The notes under the pieces: model-generated
What the model was told of the DNA's origin: nothing
Database searches by the model: none
The model's input: the letters and a program-made list of their open reading frames with translations, nothing else
Made by a program: the position numbers and the translations under genes
Part shown: positions 62,126 through 64,000 of the stretch, piece after piece
Numbering within the stretch: position 1 is the first letter of the stretch
Layout: every line of letters starts with the position of its first letter
NCBI GenBank assembly: GCA_010909165.1
Contig: VJWM01000221.1
Location: 1-64,000 of the forward strand
Source of the DNA: Anthoceros angustus
Taxonomy: Eukaryota > Plantae > Anthocerotophyta
Direction of reading: 5' to 3'
DNA: 64,000 nucleotides

Positions 62126-62868
62126 TTGCCATCTGACTGTTTTTGTGGACCATCTATTATGCACCTTGCAGAATTGCACATCGAGGAAGACCCTGAATCT
62201 CGAACCTCCTCACATAGTTTTTAGTAAAATGCAATATATTTTTTTACAAAATAATTAAACCAAAATATGATATGAAATTCCCAATTTGAACTCGATAACT
62301 TTGGAGTGAAAATGAAGTATGTGCTACACTGCCTAGTTGTTGTGAAGCTTATAAAATCTCAAATAGCAAAGGGAATCACAATCGTTTTTAGGTGACCTCG
62401 AAGATTGGAATCGACTACGGGACGTCGCAAGCACTCCACTCGATCCGTGGTAACAACTATAGTTGTCAACCTAGACCTATAGACCCAGGCATCCTGTTGG
62501 AGGAAAAGGAAAATTATCCAGGACGATGAACCAAGCCACGCACGATATTCCGCGCGGTTGCGTGGTTGGAAGGAAGAGCGTGCGCCGCATGGTAGCGTAA
62601 TAGGTACAGGCTCAGGCTGACATGCATCCTTAGGGTGGCGGGGTTTCCCATGGTTTTGGCTACAACCATTCGTGGTTCTTGCTCGACTGGCAGGAAGTAG
62701 GGCATGGAGTCCCTGTGCAGGCTCGGGGCCTGCTGTGTCGAAGGGAGTATTCTGACAGAGCTGGCTTTGTGGTTATGCTGATGTTTACGGATCATCGCTG
62801 CAGGCTATTGTGAAGAGTCATGGCTTGGGAATGAAGCACTCCTGGCTCCTGAAAACCGCGCTTCAAAT

Positions 62869-63623
62869 ATGGCACAGGCAGGGTGTCTCTTGTGTGCACC
62901 GCTGATTGCCAAAACAGTGGATCTGATGCTTCAACAGATGCACCTAGCCAAGTCCAAAGGAGCTCAAGTGGTTGAATTCCGCTTGGACCATATAACAGAC
63001 TTCGATTCGACTCTGGATCTGCGCGCTCTCCTGAATGCAAAAACTCTACCAGCCATTATCACTTACAGGTAGGTGCGGGAACACCGGAAATCGAGGTGCA
63101 GCAAGTTCTCTGGATTTTGAATGTGGTGTTTCAGCGGTCTCTTCAGTGAAGCGAGGCAATGGCGGGTGCAGGCCGAAATGGGAAGGTGGGGAGTATGAAG
63201 GTGAAGAGGCCCCTCGTCAAGCTGCTTTGAGCTTGGCCATCGAGCTTGGAGCTGAATTTGTGGATGTCGAGCTTCAGGTGTTCCTCCCAGACCTTCTGTT
63301 GCTGGCAGAGTGCTTGGTTCTGCCTTCTTGGCTGAAGACCTCCACCCTTCTGTGGTGTTGAGATCCTCTGATCGGAAAAATCTAAAGGGGCACTTGTCAG
63401 TTACACTCAGGTGGCAGCAGAATTTATTGCCAAAACAGAAACGGACCTCCAAGACGAAGATTATCGTGTCAAACCACAACTGGAAGTCCACTCCATCATC
63501 ACAAGAGATTGAGATCTGGTTGCGAAGATACAGGGCACCGGAGCTGATATTGTGAAGTTTGCAACCACGGCAGCCAATATCACGGACGTGGCCAGAGTTT
63601 TGTTAGTTCTTTCCCGTTCTGCT
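62869..63623 (+). CDS. Type I 3-dehydroquinate dehydratase domain, 5' exons of probable bifunctional DHD/shikimate dehydrogenase (continues beyond window or unresolved)
   Basis: Exons 62869-63068, 63172-63277 and 63411-63623 give LCAPL..VEFRLD..TYRPKWEGGEYEG..GAEFVDVELQ..KIIVSNHN..GADIVKFATTA. Two indels in exon 3 (extra A at 63432-63435, missing G ~63511). Confidence 0.9.
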
Positions 63624-64000
63624 GTAAGCTCCTCAACATTTGCTTCTCCTGCATGTGCCTTTTGTTGACAACAACGGATGGTTGCGCCTTACGGCTGCAC
63701 ATTCTTCCGTGAATTTGCTTGAGTCTCCTTGCAACTGCACAAATTGTTTGTAGGAACTGAAGTGCATTGACTAAGAGGAGGATGGATGGTGCACATTCAG
63801 GGTTCCACTTGCTTGAGTTGGTCTACTGTCAGCATCCACTTGATGGTGTAAACTGTGGAGTTTCATGACTGAAAGGATGTTGAATGTTGTCCTGGCTGCT
63901 TGTGGAAACGTCTTTCTTTCTCAACTTAGGATGAGGTAATGCCTTTATCTGGCATTCATCCTTGTTGGTTCGGTCACAAAAGGTTTTGCTCGGCAATTGA

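Overview
Eukaryotic nuclear DNA from a non-seed land plant. The WW-type PG box on a PLS-class PPR gene and the short introns suggest a hornwort, lycophyte or fern, with a hornwort most likely; this is inference. No rRNA, tRNA or CRISPR array was seen. The left ~41.5 kb is a complex, repeatedly duplicated accessory region. It carries at least three full-length and two partial copies of an intronless minus-strand gene fusing a class-3 lipase (GHSLGG), a hydrophobic segment and a P-loop GTPase-like domain. Interleaved with these are 5'-truncated CRE-type (RLE) non-LTR fragments, solo LTRs, a truncated LTR retrotransposon, truncated TBC/RabGAP copies, LRR-like repeat relics and a TIR insertion. 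Several blocks are joined at 3-11 nt microhomologies. The right ~22 kb holds mostly single-copy genes: a CYP85-clan P450, a neprosin-family gene, an ABC1/ADCK2-type kinase, an inverted PPR pseudogene, a ~35-motif PLS-E+ PPR gene, nested tandem repeats and the 5' part of a type I DHQase (DHD/SDH) gene. Most frameshifts in the conserved genes fall in homopolymer runs, so many apparent pseudogenes, especially left of ~36 kb, may be long-read consensus errors. The best candidate for an undescribed system is the lipase-TM-GTPase gene family, with its swappable central cassette and W-box-array promoter.
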